Source of the DNA: an uncultured Clostridium sp.
GTDB lineage: Bacteria > Bacillota > Clostridia > TANB77 > CAG-508
DNA: 64,000 bases
Direction of reading: 5' to 3'
NCBI GenBank assembly: GCA_947648905.1
Contig: CANSPP010000007.1
Location: 11,158 to 75,157 of the forward strand
A program made the position numbers and the translations under genes. The notes beneath the pieces were generated by a model. The model was given only the letters and a program-made list of their open reading frames with translations. It did no database searches and was not told where the DNA came from. Numbering within the stretch: the first letter of the stretch is position 1; every line of letters begins with the position of its first letter. Shown one piece after another: positions 1 through 10,553 of the stretch.

Positions 1-1592
1 TAGTAATATACATTTTTCTTGACTTTATATGGGTCATTCTCACTTTCTTGGTAGCTTGTTTCTACTGTTCTTCTTTCAAAGTCTGTATTAAGTAAACCTA
101 TTGCATTATCCAAATTCGTGCTGGTATCTGTTAACTTTTCATCTGTTATTCTATAATATGTACCATTTAATAAAATATATATAGAATCTTCTGATACAAA
201 GTCTTCGTTAATGTCATTTGGTACTATTGCATATCCACTATATACTTTTCCACCTATGTTTAATCCTTGTAAGAATGTAATCATAGATATGTTTGTTGTT
301 AGTTCTTCCCATTCTTCATCTTTTAATTTTGGCATAGCAAAATTAACTCCAGATGTTGATACATTATTATAGTTTGAAATCGCTACTATTAAATTTGATT
401 CTATTGAGTTTCTTATTACATCTTTTCTATGTGTATTAAATTTTGAATTTTCGTCCTCTATAAATGTTCCTGTAGTATTAAATAATTCATCAAAAATATT
501 TTCTCCCTTTGCATTTGAATATGGATTACTATCTCCTGAATATACTGATTCATCAGTGTATTTATTTCCATGTGCATCTATTGCATCATTTACTGATAAA
601 TATCTTAATGCAGCTAAACTTCCACCAGCTTGAAATTTTTGTTTAAATTCATAAGCTTTTTTGTAAAATTCTTTTGCATTTGTATTTGTTGTAATTGAAT
701 TTGTGTCAACAGATGTAGCTCGAATAACATTATGGTTTATCATAGAGAATACTCCACCATTATCTTGGTCAATATAATATTTAGTTCCATTTAGTTTTCT
801 ATATGGATATTTTTTTATTACACCTGCTATTTTTTGTTCTTCTGTTGTATCTGTCTTATAGTTTATTGTAATTGGTGTACCTGAACCTACATTTTCCTCT
901 CCTGGAATATATACTTTTTGTGTTAGCCCTTCTTTATTTTGTTCTTCTGGTATCTCTATTCCTCTATAGTATACTTTATCTCCAATAACATTAACTCCGC
1001 TCAATAAATATCCAGATTCATTAACTGTCTCTGTACCAATTGTTCCTTGTATTGTTACATATGAATCTAATGAATATGTTATTACAATATCATAGTTTGA
1101 ATTTTTATACCTGCAACTATAATATATATATGGCTTTAATCCATACAAATCCTCGCCATCTTTATATGTTGCATCTGAATAAAATCTATCACCATCTGGA
1201 TTATTGCTTTCATTATGAACATCTAAATCATTTTTATAATCTGAATATATATAATATCCGTCATATAATGTATATACAATTGCTGGCACATAATCTTGCA
1301 ATACATCTTCCCCATAACCAGACATATTAAATTGACTTGCTAATGAATTATAAAATGTTTTTATTGCAGCTTTTATATCTCTCATCTTAGAGTCAGAAAA
1401 GTCTGATGTTGCACTATTTGACATATTCATTTGAAATGCCTTTATTCCATCATATGTTGCAACTTTTAATCTAGAGTCATAATTCATTTGTAAGTCCAAT
1501 GTTTTTACTTGGTTAGCCGAATAGCTATTTAATATTATAGCCATTGGCAAAATTATTACTATTGCTAAAACAGCTAATCCTTGTATTTTCAT
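1..1592 (-). CDS. hypothetical N-terminally anchored protein, distal gene of the Tad-like operon (partial, runs off window)
   Basis: ATG 1592..1590 sits behind a GAGAGGGA RBS. My hand translation (MKIQGLAVLAIVIILPMAIILNSYSANQVKTLDLQ...) stays open to base 1. One N-terminal hydrophobic helix. Absent from the ORF track because there is no stop in the window. Confidence 0.55.
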   Translation of the reverse strand, partial: MKIQGLAVLAIVIILPMAIILNSYSANQVKTLDLQMNYDSRLKVATYDGIKAFQMNMSNSATSDFSDSKMRDIKAAIKTFYNSLASQFNMSGYGEDVLQDYVPAIVYTLYDGYYIYSDYKNDLDVHNESNNPDGDRFYSDATYKDGEDLYGLKPYIYYSCRYKNSNYDIVITYSLDSYVTIQGTIGTETVNESGYLLSGVNVIGDKVYYRGIEIPEEQNKEGLTQKVYIPGEENVGSGTPITINYKTDTTEEQKIAGVIKKYPYRKLNGTKYYIDQDNGGVFSMINHNVIRATSVDTNSITTNTNAKEFYKKAYEFKQKFQAGGSLAALRYLSVNDAIDAHGNKYTDESVYSGDSNPYSNAKGENIFDELFNTTGTFIEDENSKFNTHRKDVIRNSIESNLIVAISNYNNVSTSGVNFAMPKLKDEEWEELTTNISMITFLQGLNIGGKVYSGYAIVPNDINEDFVSEDSIYILLNGTYYRITDEKLTDTSTNLDNAIGLLNTDFERRTVETSYQESENDPYKVKKNVYY

Positions 1593-1684
1593 AGCTTCCC
1601 TCTCTTTAGTTTGATTTAAACTTTTATTTTATTTGCAAATAGCTTGTAATTAATTATATTACAAGCTATTTTCTTTATCTATAA

Positions 1685-2209
1685 TTATCTTCCATTTGCT
1701 GTTACAATTCCTGCATGATTTGCAGCAACTGTATATGTATCATTTCCTGTTACTGTATAAAAGAAATTCTTTAGTTGTTGTGATATTGTTTGGTTTGTAT
1801 TTTTTACACGTGCAGAAATGATATCTCCTTCTTTACAGTAATATATTCCATTATTTTTCTTCATTTCGTCTTCGATTTGTGAAGTATATACTGTGTATGA
1901 TGCATTTTCCCCTATTTTATCAGCTTGCACCATTGAAGTTTTCTTTCCCAAATTTGTGTCTCTTACTTCTACTTCTAATTCTACATCATAAGTATTACCT
2001 GTAGATGTTATTGTTTCAAGAAATTTATCGTAATTAGCCTGTGTTATTTTCCCCGTTGTTCTTGCTGTATCAACAAATTCTGTTGTAGCTGTTTTTACTG
2101 CTAATTGGGATACGTCATCTGTTCTATCTGATATTGTCATTAGTGGAAATACAAACATTAAAATTGCTGCTAATGCTATAGCAATTACTGTTATTAAGGT
2201 ATCACTCAT
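1685..2209 (-). CDS. pilus-associated minor protein with a pseudopilin/TadE-like N-terminal helix
   Basis: 174 aa ORF. The N-terminus MSDTLITVIAIALAAILMFVFPL is a single hydrophobic helix. Embedded in the Tad-like operon. Confidence 0.5.
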   Translation of the reverse strand: MSDTLITVIAIALAAILMFVFPLMTISDRTDDVSQLAVKTATTEFVDTARTTGKITQANYDKFLETITSTGNTYDVELEVEVRDTNLGKKTSMVQADKIGENASYTVYTSQIEDEMKKNNGIYYCKEGDIISARVKNTNQTISQQLKNFFYTVTGNDTYTVAANHAGIVTANGR

Positions 2210-2258
2210 AATATCTCCTCCTTTATTTACAATTAATACTTATAATGTAAAGTATTTT

Positions 2259-2912
2259 TTATATTGATTCAAATGTGTATGTTATAACTCTTAGTTCACG
2301 TTTGTTGACATCTGAAATTTCAGATGGGTTGCCTTCCTCATCTTTTCTTATATTCAAACGATTTTCTTCTGCATCCATTCTGTCTTCCATATAATAAGTT
2401 CCTAGTGTTTCCTTTATTTTATAAGTTCTCAATTTGTCACTAAGATAGTCATATAAAGATTGCGAATGTAATTGTCTTCTATCATTTGGTCCAAAATTTC
2501 CTTTACTAGGATCATATTTACCATATACTATTCCATTTAAAAAATCTAGTTTATCAGAAATCCCGCTTTCTTCGACTGAGTCTATTTTATATACTTCCCT
2601 ATCTTCGATTTTGTTTTTATATAAATAGTGAGAATCAGGAAACTTAAATACTACTTTATAACTTTCGCTAAATGCTCTATATATTGTTGGTATTATTGTT
2701 TCTATTCCAACATATCTTTGTGTGTCATTACTATTTGCTAAATAATAAAATCTCTCATTTCTTTCTATGCTAGAATACTCTCTGTCTGAATATTTAATTA
2801 CTGTTTCTATTGCTTCTCTTGCTTGTGTAAAAGATAGCATAGCTATGGAAAGTGCAATCACAAATAATAGGACTGAACCTGCCATTTTTAGTGCTTCTAC
2901 TGCATTTTCCAT
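2259..2912 (-). CDS. pilin-like protein, divergent member of the MENAxxAL family
   Basis: 217 aa. The N-terminus MENAVEALKMAGSVLLFVIALSIAML resembles the three neighbouring MENASKAL paralogs. Confidence 0.5.
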   Translation of the reverse strand: MENAVEALKMAGSVLLFVIALSIAMLSFTQAREAIETVIKYSDREYSSIERNERFYYLANSNDTQRYVGIETIIPTIYRAFSESYKVVFKFPDSHYLYKNKIEDREVYKIDSVEESGISDKLDFLNGIVYGKYDPSKGNFGPNDRRQLHSQSLYDYLSDKLRTYKIKETLGTYYMEDRMDAEENRLNIRKDEEGNPSEISDVNKRELRVITYTFESI

Positions 2913-2937
2913 AGTATACCTCCTTTATTTGATATTT

Positions 2938-3330
2938 CTATTTTTTAGTTATTGTTATTTCACTTACTCTTCCGTTTGCATATTTACTTAAATTAACCTC
3001 ATATGTTTCGCTAGTTGAAATTGCAGAACTACCTTCTGAAGTTAAATCTTTAGAATTATATAGAACTTTTACTGATATGCTGTTGCTAGAGTTATTATCA
3101 TCTGCATTTGCTGCTATTGCTTCATTTACTAATGCTTTTACTTCTGAACCTTTTCTAGTTCCTTCATATTTTAGAAATTTGTTGTTAAATGATGTTGTTG
3201 CAGCCTCGTTCATTCCACTATTATTTACTGTGTCTTGTGCTTGAGCAAAAATCATAATTCCTAAAGATATTAATAATATAGCTAATAATATAGCACCTGC
3301 TATAATTAACGCTTTTGATGCATTCTCCAT
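2938..3330 (-). CDS. pilin-like protein (MENASKAL family paralog 1)
   Basis: 130 aa. MENASKALIIAGAILLAILLISLG is followed by a hydrophilic domain. C-terminal motif NGRVSEITI is shared with the paralogs. Confidence 0.6.
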   Translation of the reverse strand: MENASKALIIAGAILLAILLISLGIMIFAQAQDTVNNSGMNEAATTSFNNKFLKYEGTRKGSEVKALVNEAIAANADDNNSSNSISVKVLYNSKDLTSEGSSAISTSETYEVNLSKYANGRVSEITITKK

Positions 3331-3411
3331 AGTACATCTCTCCTTTCATTTGTAAACAATTCTTTTTATAATTTATACTAAATTTTAATTTAGTAATGTT
3401 AATAACATAAT

Positions 3412-3843
3412 TTATTCTGTAATTTGTTCAAATTTCATATATTTTATTTTTCCTGTTGCTTTATGGTATTGAACTTCATTACATTTAAATATAATTCCCC
3501 TATAGTTTTGAACAAAATTTGCTATTCCTGCTTGTCCTATTCTTTCTATATTGTAAGTTACATCAATATCTATAAATGTTATGTCCATTTTTATTGAGTT
3601 TTCACTATTTTCTATATAGTTTCCATTTTTGTCTTGGAGAATTTTATTTTTTTCGTTTGTGTCTAATACTCTGTTTAGTATTGTTGCTAAGTCTTGTCCT
3701 GTCATTTCTTGATCCTGTTTTATATTAAACTGTGCATTTTCTTTTTGTAATTGTCTATTTGTTGCTATCTGGTTTAGGTATATGTAAGCAACTGTAGATA
3801 TTATTGCTATTATTATAATAAAAAATATCGCTATTTTCTTCAT
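3412..3843 (-). CDS. membrane-anchored hypothetical protein in the pilus operon
   Basis: Start moved to MKKIAIFFIIIIAI (ATG 3843) behind a TAGGAG RBS. C-terminal FKCNEVQYHKATGKIKYMKFEQI resembles the C-termini of the pilin-like paralogs. Confidence 0.5.
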   Translation of the reverse strand: MKKIAIFFIIIIAIISTVAYIYLNQIATNRQLQKENAQFNIKQDQEMTGQDLATILNRVLDTNEKNKILQDKNGNYIENSENSIKMDITFIDIDVTYNIERIGQAGIANFVQNYRGIIFKCNEVQYHKATGKIKYMKFEQITE

Positions 3844-3906
3844 TGTAACTCCTATTTTATTATAGCATTTTTTTGTCATTTTTTCAAGTATTTGTGTTTT
3901 TTATCA

Positions 3907-4395
3907 CTATAATTGTTTAAAAACAACTTTTGAAACTCTTCCGTTTGAATGATACTCTACTTTAGTACATTCGTATTTTACTTTTGCCTCCACTGACACT
4001 TCGTTATTGGCATCTGTTTTCTTCTCAACATCGTTGTTATCTGTGATATATTTTAATTTTTCTTCTTCAGTAACTATATCTGATGCTAAATCTTTAACAC
4101 CTAATACTATCTCTATTTTATAGCTATCTGCAAAAGTTCCGTCATCTTTATACTTATCGTTATTTTCCTTTGCTAAATTAACTAACGAAATTATTTGATA
4201 AATAGTAACATCTTTTCTTGTTTCATATACATTAAATTGTGCATTAAATTGTGTTAATTGATTTGATGTTATTTGGTCATGTATTCGCTCTGCTTTTCCA
4301 CCAAAGTCTATAAATAGATATACTGCTAATGATAAAATAAGTATTCCTATTAATACTCCTCCTGCCATAATTAATGCTTTTGATGCATTTTCCAT
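3907..4395 (-). CDS. pilin-like protein (MENASKAL family paralog 2)
   Basis: 162 aa. N-terminus MENASKALIMAGGVLIGILILSLAVYLF. C-terminal YHSNGRVSKVVFKQL motif. Confidence 0.6.
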   Translation of the reverse strand: MENASKALIMAGGVLIGILILSLAVYLFIDFGGKAERIHDQITSNQLTQFNAQFNVYETRKDVTIYQIISLVNLAKENNDKYKDDGTFADSYKIEIVLGVKDLASDIVTEEEKLKYITDNNDVEKKTDANNEVSVEAKVKYECTKVEYHSNGRVSKVVFKQL

Positions 4396-4426
4396 ATCTT
4401 CCTCCTACTATGACACTTCAACTATT

Positions 4427-4885
4427 TTAATTAATATCAAAGTACATTTTGCTAATTCTACCATCTAAATTTTTATATTCTATACTGCCTTCTATACATT
4501 TGAATTTTAAATTTTGTTTCTTTTCATCGTCTATTGTTCTAAAACCTGTTGCAGTTAAAAATTTTTCATAATCACTATTTGCTAGTCCTGCTTTCGTCTT
4601 TAATAATTCTGCATTTATGTTGTGGTCAATAGTATATTCTGGATGTTGAGCATTATTACTCTCTATCTTATTATAAACACTTTTGAGCTCCATTAGTGTC
4701 AGATTATTTTTATTATAAGGCTCAAACTGATTATTAAACTCTGCAATTTGAGAATTTTTTGTCATATCATTATTAGCATTTTGATAGGTTTGTAAATTAG
4801 TCATTAGCAAAACAAGTGCACCTAATATTAATAATGCTATTAAAATCCCCCCTGCCATAAGCAGGGCTTTTGATGCATTTTCCAT
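4427..4885 (-). CDS. pilin-like protein (MENASKAL family paralog 3)
   Basis: 152 aa. N-terminus MENASKALLMAGGILIALLILGALVLL. C-terminal LDGRISKMYFDIN motif. Confidence 0.6.
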   Translation of the reverse strand: MENASKALLMAGGILIALLILGALVLLMTNLQTYQNANNDMTKNSQIAEFNNQFEPYNKNNLTLMELKSVYNKIESNNAQHPEYTIDHNINAELLKTKAGLANSDYEKFLTATGFRTIDDEKKQNLKFKCIEGSIEYKNLDGRISKMYFDIN

Positions 4886-4899
4886 AGTTTCCTCCTATT

Positions 4900-6978
4900 C
4901 TATAATGTTGACATAGTAGCAAATGAGTTTGACATACTTGTTAATCCTATAAATACTAATGGTATAATTAAGTATCCACAGAACATTGATACCATTGGTG
5001 CAAAACCAATTCCTTTTCCAATCATACCTTTTCTTTTTATTAATCTTTCATTTGATTCCTTACGTTTTTCTTTATAGTAATCTCTTTCTGAGTCTAATTC
5101 ATCAAAAGCATCTCTAATTGGTATTTTCTCTACTGCTGCTTGTAAGCTTTCCACTATTCTGATTAATGGTTGATATGAAATTTCTTCTTTCATAGCTTCT
5201 AGAGCTTCCCAAGCTCCTGCTTCATAGTTGTTCACACACTTAGTAATTGGTGCTCTGAATATGTTTGAATATCTTTCCAACCAATCTAGTATAATTTCAA
5301 CATTTACCCTTTCAATTCTCATAAGCATTAATATAATTGTTTGGAATTGCATTACTTCGTCTTCCATTTCTAGCTTTCTCATTATTACTTGGAACATTAG
5401 CAATCCAATTGGTGACATATATCCAATTAATGCAAATGCTATTGCTAGTAAAATTTCGAACCATTGTAAGTATTCGGTATTAATTATAGCTAATTTATCT
5501 TCTACAATTCTTTCTGCTATTACAGAAATTTCTTCGTCACCCATATCTTCTTCATAGTATTTTGACCTTCTAAATGCTCTTTCTACATCTGCTGTCGTAG
5601 TATCTAGTTTTCCTCTAAACATATCTAGAAAATAGTTGTCCATTTCTGTTACTTCCATAGCCTTTTTCTTGTCTTTATCTGTTAGTTCACCTATGATGTT
5701 ATAGTCTGTGGTCGGTTCTGTATATATGTAATTTATTGCAACTGAGTGCAGTTGTGCAAACAGTATAATTGATGCAATAAATGTTACTATACATATGGTT
5801 AGCCTATTTACATAGAGCCATTCCATTTTTAAGTGTGATGCAGAGTCTTTTAGCATTTGTTGATTTTTTTTGTATTCTTTTGTTCCTTCTTTTGGGATAA
5901 ATAAGTCTACAAATTTTTTGATTATTTTTTTACTATATAATTTTTGTTGCCATGGGTTTTCTGTGTTTCTTGTGTTCATTGCTGTTGACCCATTGTCTTT
6001 TAATTTTCTAACTAGTATGTAACACATAACAGTAATTAGTATTATTAGTATTTGAACTATCAATCCTGGTTTTCCTTCATACCAACTTTGCGTGAATGAG
6101 AAGTTTGATATTGACCAGCTTTTTAGTGGTTCTAGTAGTAATACTGGTACTACTGATATTACTGATAAACTTTGAAATACATAGTTTAATTTGTCTCTTT
6201 TCAAGATTTCTAGTTGCATTTCTTGTGTTATGTTGTTTATATTTTTTAGGTATAGTGATGCTCCGTCTACTTTTCTGTCACCAAATTCTTTTGTTAAGTA
6301 TGATACTCCAGCAAATTCTTTTAGATAACTGTTTGGAGCTATATCGTAATATTTTTCTAGTTCATTTTCAGGGTCATCAGATATTAATATTTCATATATC
6401 TTTTCACCTTGTCTTGATACCTCTTTTTCATCATCTTGTGATACTTGGTATATTGCTTCTTCTACCATATTAAATTCATGATATGCGTGCCTTATTTCTG
6501 AGAAGAATTCTATTTGTTGTTTTAGTATGTTATTGTCTATTTTATCTACTGAACCGTCTATAAATGTGTCTACCATAAATAGCTCAAATATTAGTAGAAT
6601 TGACATTAATAAATAGTTTGAAGATGTTATTGCTATTGTTACAATCATAAGAGGTACTATTATTGCTAGTGCAACTGAAAGGATTTTGGCTGTTCCTCTT
6701 CTTGTGTTGTATTCATCGTCTATATTGATTATTTCTAATCTTCTTCTTATTTTTAATACATATCTTTTTAAGAATGGTATTTTTATATATGTTAAGTATA
6801 ATTTTTGTAGTAAAACTTCAGCTGAAAATTTTCTATCTTTTGTTCCTTCTTGTAATTGTTTTATTTTTTTGTATTCTGATTTTTGCATTTTTTTAGATAA
6901 TATTACATAAACAAGTATTATTACCACAAGGGCTGCAACTGCTCCCCCCATTATATAGACTAACATTTGGTTGTTCAC
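4900..6978 (-). CDS. polytopic membrane platform protein, fused TadB/TadC (GspF-like)
   Basis: 692 aa with multiple hydrophobic segments. It sits immediately downstream of the CpaF-type ATPase, as in Tad loci. The call rests on position and topology, not on a recognised motif. Confidence 0.55.
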   Translation of the reverse strand: MNNQMLVYIMGGAVAALVVIILVYVILSKKMQKSEYKKIKQLQEGTKDRKFSAEVLLQKLYLTYIKIPFLKRYVLKIRRRLEIINIDDEYNTRRGTAKILSVALAIIVPLMIVTIAITSSNYLLMSILLIFELFMVDTFIDGSVDKIDNNILKQQIEFFSEIRHAYHEFNMVEEAIYQVSQDDEKEVSRQGEKIYEILISDDPENELEKYYDIAPNSYLKEFAGVSYLTKEFGDRKVDGASLYLKNINNITQEMQLEILKRDKLNYVFQSLSVISVVPVLLLEPLKSWSISNFSFTQSWYEGKPGLIVQILIILITVMCYILVRKLKDNGSTAMNTRNTENPWQQKLYSKKIIKKFVDLFIPKEGTKEYKKNQQMLKDSASHLKMEWLYVNRLTICIVTFIASIILFAQLHSVAINYIYTEPTTDYNIIGELTDKDKKKAMEVTEMDNYFLDMFRGKLDTTTADVERAFRRSKYYEEDMGDEEISVIAERIVEDKLAIINTEYLQWFEILLAIAFALIGYMSPIGLLMFQVIMRKLEMEDEVMQFQTIILMLMRIERVNVEIILDWLERYSNIFRAPITKCVNNYEAGAWEALEAMKEEISYQPLIRIVESLQAAVEKIPIRDAFDELDSERDYYKEKRKESNERLIKRKGMIGKGIGFAPMVSMFCGYLIIPLVFIGLTSMSNSFATMSTL

Positions 6979-7008
6979 TTAAAAGTAGCACCTCCTTTTG
7001 TCTTGTTA

Positions 7009-8977
7009 TTATATTTCATTTTTCTTTTTTCTTCCTCTTCTTTTTGGTTCTTCTGCTGTTGCTGATACTTCTACTGTTTCTTTATGTGAATATGTTTTTC
7101 CCCAATGTTTTTTAACAAATTTGTCAAATTCTTCAAGGTCTGTGTCGTCCATGTTTAGTCTCATTTCACTTAAGTTTTTGTCTGTTATTGGGTTTGTTAT
7201 TATATATTCTCCATCAACATATTCTAATATGTTTCTGTGCATATACAATTGTCTGTCTGTTACTTTTTCAAAATATCTTGTTGCATTGTCAAAGAATTTA
7301 TCGAATTTTCCTTCTAGTGTTTTTTCTTTTCTGTGGTCAAATGTATATTCATTTTTTTCTTCAATTGGTATACATTCTGTTATTCTTTCTACATATCTTT
7401 TTCCTCTAAAGTCTTTTGTTAAATGAATGTCAAAGTTTAATACTTGTACAACTTGTTCTTCTGCTGTTTTTTCGTTTTTAAATACTCCTGCTCTTAACAT
7501 TGAGTTTCTAAGTGCTGTAACTAAGTTTGGAAATGTTTTTGCGTGGTGAGTAAATAATGTAAACTTTGATGCTACTTGGGCTGCTTGTATCATCCAAGAT
7601 GCTACGGGGTCTGTTGCAACCTCTCCGGATTATATTAACAGAACCGTCAGTTTTCTTTTGAACGTCTAGACCTTCTTGTCCAGAAATTGTATCTGTTTCA
7701 CGGAATGTTAATATGTTTCTTGTTGGGTATATTTTTCTTAAGTGAAGCTCGAATGCTGTTTCCTGAACACGGATGTTCATTGTTTCATATATGTTTTCAA
7801 TCATTCCCATAAGCATTGTTGTTTTACCACAACCTTGCTCACCAGTGATTGATATAATTCTTGCTCCTTTTACTAAGTATTTTAATAATTCAATTGATTC
7901 TAATGAACCTGGTTCTCCTTTGAACCATTGTTCAAGTGTTGAACGTTTTACGTCAAACTTTCTTACGAAGAATGCCCATGTTTCAGAGAAACTTGGTCTT
8001 ACAACAACGACACGTGAACCATCTTTCATTTCATTGATTTTGTATCCATTTGTGTCTGATAATTGTCCTGGGTTGTTGTATTTATATATGTTTTGACATA
8101 CTCTTTTTAGTTCTGATTCTGTTCCAAATGATAAGAATGCTAGTCTTATAGATTTACCTTGGAAGAATATCCATATACTGTCACACGCTCTTGGAACTTT
8201 GTGTTCTGCTATTTGTTCTAAGTAGTCTCCATCGCTTTGTGCTACTTGGCTTAAGAAACTCTCTGGAAGTCCAGATACACCACCAGATACACCGTCTATG
8301 TTCATATCTCTTACTTCATCTATACTGCTATAACCTTTGTAGTGTTGATATATTCTTTGTACTATTACACTTAGCTTGTCTGAAAATGATAACATTATAT
8401 TTTCTTTTTCGTAAATATCTTCAATTTCTTTGCTTGTTATTACGTAAGATGGTTTTGTTTCACCTTCGACATATTTTAGTTCTGCTAAGTTATATTTTTT
8501 TATTAGTTCTGTTAGTGCCTCATATCCAAATTCTTTTTTGTATGCATATATTAGTATGTCGAATTTGTCTTGTGCTGTTAAAAGTGATGGTATGTCAAAT
8601 GGAATTGCCTTTGATATATTACTTTCTGTTACTCCATATTCTTTTTGAAGTATGTCGAATATTAACTCTTTTACGTATTTTTTATCGTTAACATCTCCAT
8701 ATGTACATCCTTTTAAGGCTTTTTTCAATTCGTATTTTTTGTTCTTTCTTCTTTTTAATTCTTCTTCTGAAAGACCTATATCATATAAGTTTATTTTTGT
8801 TATCTCGTCTAGTCTTTTCTTTACGAATTCTGTCATTTTTTCTATGGTATAAGTTTTGTCATCTACTTCTATTAGTGTTTCTACTTCTGCTGTTTTTTTC
8901 TTTTTTATGACATAAGTTACTGCATATGCAGCAATTCCTAATACCACGATGATTAGCACAATGTTCATTATTGTCAT
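7009..8977 (-). CDS. tadA: CpaF/TadA-type pilus secretion ATPase, interrupted by a +1 frame break at CGG 7625..7627
   Basis: The ORF track gives two pieces, 7508..8977 and 7009..7593. Walker A (GEQGCGKTT) is in the first piece and the THHAKT His-box region is in the second. Skipping the C at 7627 joins ...DGSVNII to GEVATDPVASWMIQAAQ..., about 655 aa in total. The N-terminal helix MTIMNIVLIIVVLGIAAYAV is unusual. Confidence 0.85.
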
Positions 8978-8991
8978 TTAAAGGTTCCTCC

Positions 8992-9831
8992 TTACATTTT
9001 CATTGCTAAGTCTTGTATCCTGTATATTATATTGTCATCAGCTCTTTTTACTTCTGATAGAAATATTACATTTCTATCTTCACTATCTGTTACTTTTTTC
9101 ATTCTGAAGAATAAGTCTACTACTTCAGCTTCTTCAGCTGCTTCAAAGAACAGTGTGTTGTATGGTATTGCTATTACCTGATTTTTTTCGTTTAAATATC
9201 TTGAAATGTTTTTTGTGTTGTATTTTGAAAATTTGTCATATCTTCCTATTGATATTATTGTTTTTTGTGATTTTAATATTGGCTTTTCTTCTCTTATTTT
9301 CGCAAATTCATTGATACTTGATAGTCGTTGTCCTATGTTTGCTACTATTACATTTGATTTGTTTAATATCAATTCTTCTATGTCGTTGCCTAGTTCTTTA
9401 TCTAAGTCTACCAATATTAAATCATAATATGAATTAGCTATTGTTATTATTTCTGAATATGCTTTTTTTAGTGTTTCATACTCCATAGCATTTCCTTTGA
9501 AACTTTGTAATACTTCTAATCTATCTTTTAATACTACTTTTGTATAATTCTTTATGTCTTCTGGTGATAGTTTGTTGCTATTCATTGCTTTTATTACTCC
9601 TGATATACCGTCTTCTAACCCTATGTTAGTATTTGGCCCGAATAGCCCACGATTTTTTTTACGTGTGACTTGTTTCCAAAAGCAATTGTCTAGTGTTTTA
9701 TCTTGATATCCTGTTGAAATAATAAGTATTTTATAGTTGTGTTCTATTGCCATATGTGTACCAATAGCTGCTACTGCTAATGTTTTTCCTGTTTGTTCTT
9801 TTCCATTGCTCCAAAATGTTACAATTGACAT
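8992..9831 (-). CDS. ParA/MinD-type ATPase, TadZ/CpaE-like
   Basis: 279 aa. Deviant Walker A near the N-terminus (SNGKEQTGKTLAVAAIG). Adjacent to the ATPase gene. Confidence 0.65.
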   Translation of the reverse strand: MSIVTFWSNGKEQTGKTLAVAAIGTHMAIEHNYKILIISTGYQDKTLDNCFWKQVTRKKNRGLFGPNTNIGLEDGISGVIKAMNSNKLSPEDIKNYTKVVLKDRLEVLQSFKGNAMEYETLKKAYSEIITIANSYYDLILVDLDKELGNDIEELILNKSNVIVANIGQRLSSINEFAKIREEKPILKSQKTIISIGRYDKFSKYNTKNISRYLNEKNQVIAIPYNTLFFEAAEEAEVVDLFFRMKKVTDSEDRNVIFLSEVKRADDNIIYRIQDLAMKM

Positions 9832-9832
9832 C

Positions 9833-10531
9833 TTACACTCCTCTTTCTATTATTTTTATTGCTCTCCTTGTTGCACTTGAATTTTCATTTCCTAAGATTT
9901 CATCAGCTAAGTATCCTAAACCGTCTTTGTATGCAACGCTTAGTCTTTTAAACTTTACTTTTGCTACTTTTTGATTTTCATGTATTACTGATAAATCTCC
10001 ATTTTCAAATGGGAAGTATAGTCTTTGTTCATTCCATGCTACTTTGTACCCTAATGAAAGGAAATTTAGGTAGTCGTCTTCTTCTTTGTCCATTGTTCTA
10101 GAAAATAACACTTTTGTTAGACTTATTACTCTGCTTAGTCCTACAAATACTTCAAGTCCCTTTTTTAGTGAGTATGCATCAAATGAAGTTACAAAGTAAT
10201 TTCTTTGCGCTTCTTCTAAACTGTAATTTTCAAATCCTTTTGAGTTGTCAGTGTCTATAAATACAAAGTCATACTCTAGGTCTTGCCCTTCAGTAAGACC
10301 TAGGTATCTTTTTATATCTTCCATATTAGAGAAACCAACAGCTATATCAATTTCTTCATATTCTGTTACATATTTTATTGTAGGATTTATTGCTGGTATC
10401 ACATATCTTGCTTTTTGATTTGTTGTTGCATCTATTACTAACACTTTTTTGTCTAAAGTTGTTAATATTTTAGCAACATATATGATTAAATCTATTTTGT
10501 CATAAGCACCTATAAAGCCTATTTTTTTCAT
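9833..10531 (-). CDS. ParA/MinD-fold protein without a recognisable Walker A (degenerate TadZ-like)
   Basis: 232 aa. MKKIGFIGAYDKIDLIIYVAKILTTLDKKVLVIDAT resembles a MinD-fold N-terminus but lacks GKT. Confidence 0.45.
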   Translation of the reverse strand: MKKIGFIGAYDKIDLIIYVAKILTTLDKKVLVIDATTNQKARYVIPAINPTIKYVTEYEEIDIAVGFSNMEDIKRYLGLTEGQDLEYDFVFIDTDNSKGFENYSLEEAQRNYFVTSFDAYSLKKGLEVFVGLSRVISLTKVLFSRTMDKEEDDYLNFLSLGYKVAWNEQRLYFPFENGDLSVIHENQKVAKVKFKRLSVAYKDGLGYLADEILGNENSSATRRAIKIIERGV

Positions 10532-10553
10532 ATGTATTTTCTCCTTCTTTCTT

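Noticed and set aside
7508-7593. Treating 7508..8977 and 7009..7593 as two independent overlapping genes. The same question applies to the queA, stp and recO fragments.
   Set aside because: The conserved family sequence runs continuously across each junction once a single C is skipped. The 0-frame tails have no family resemblance.
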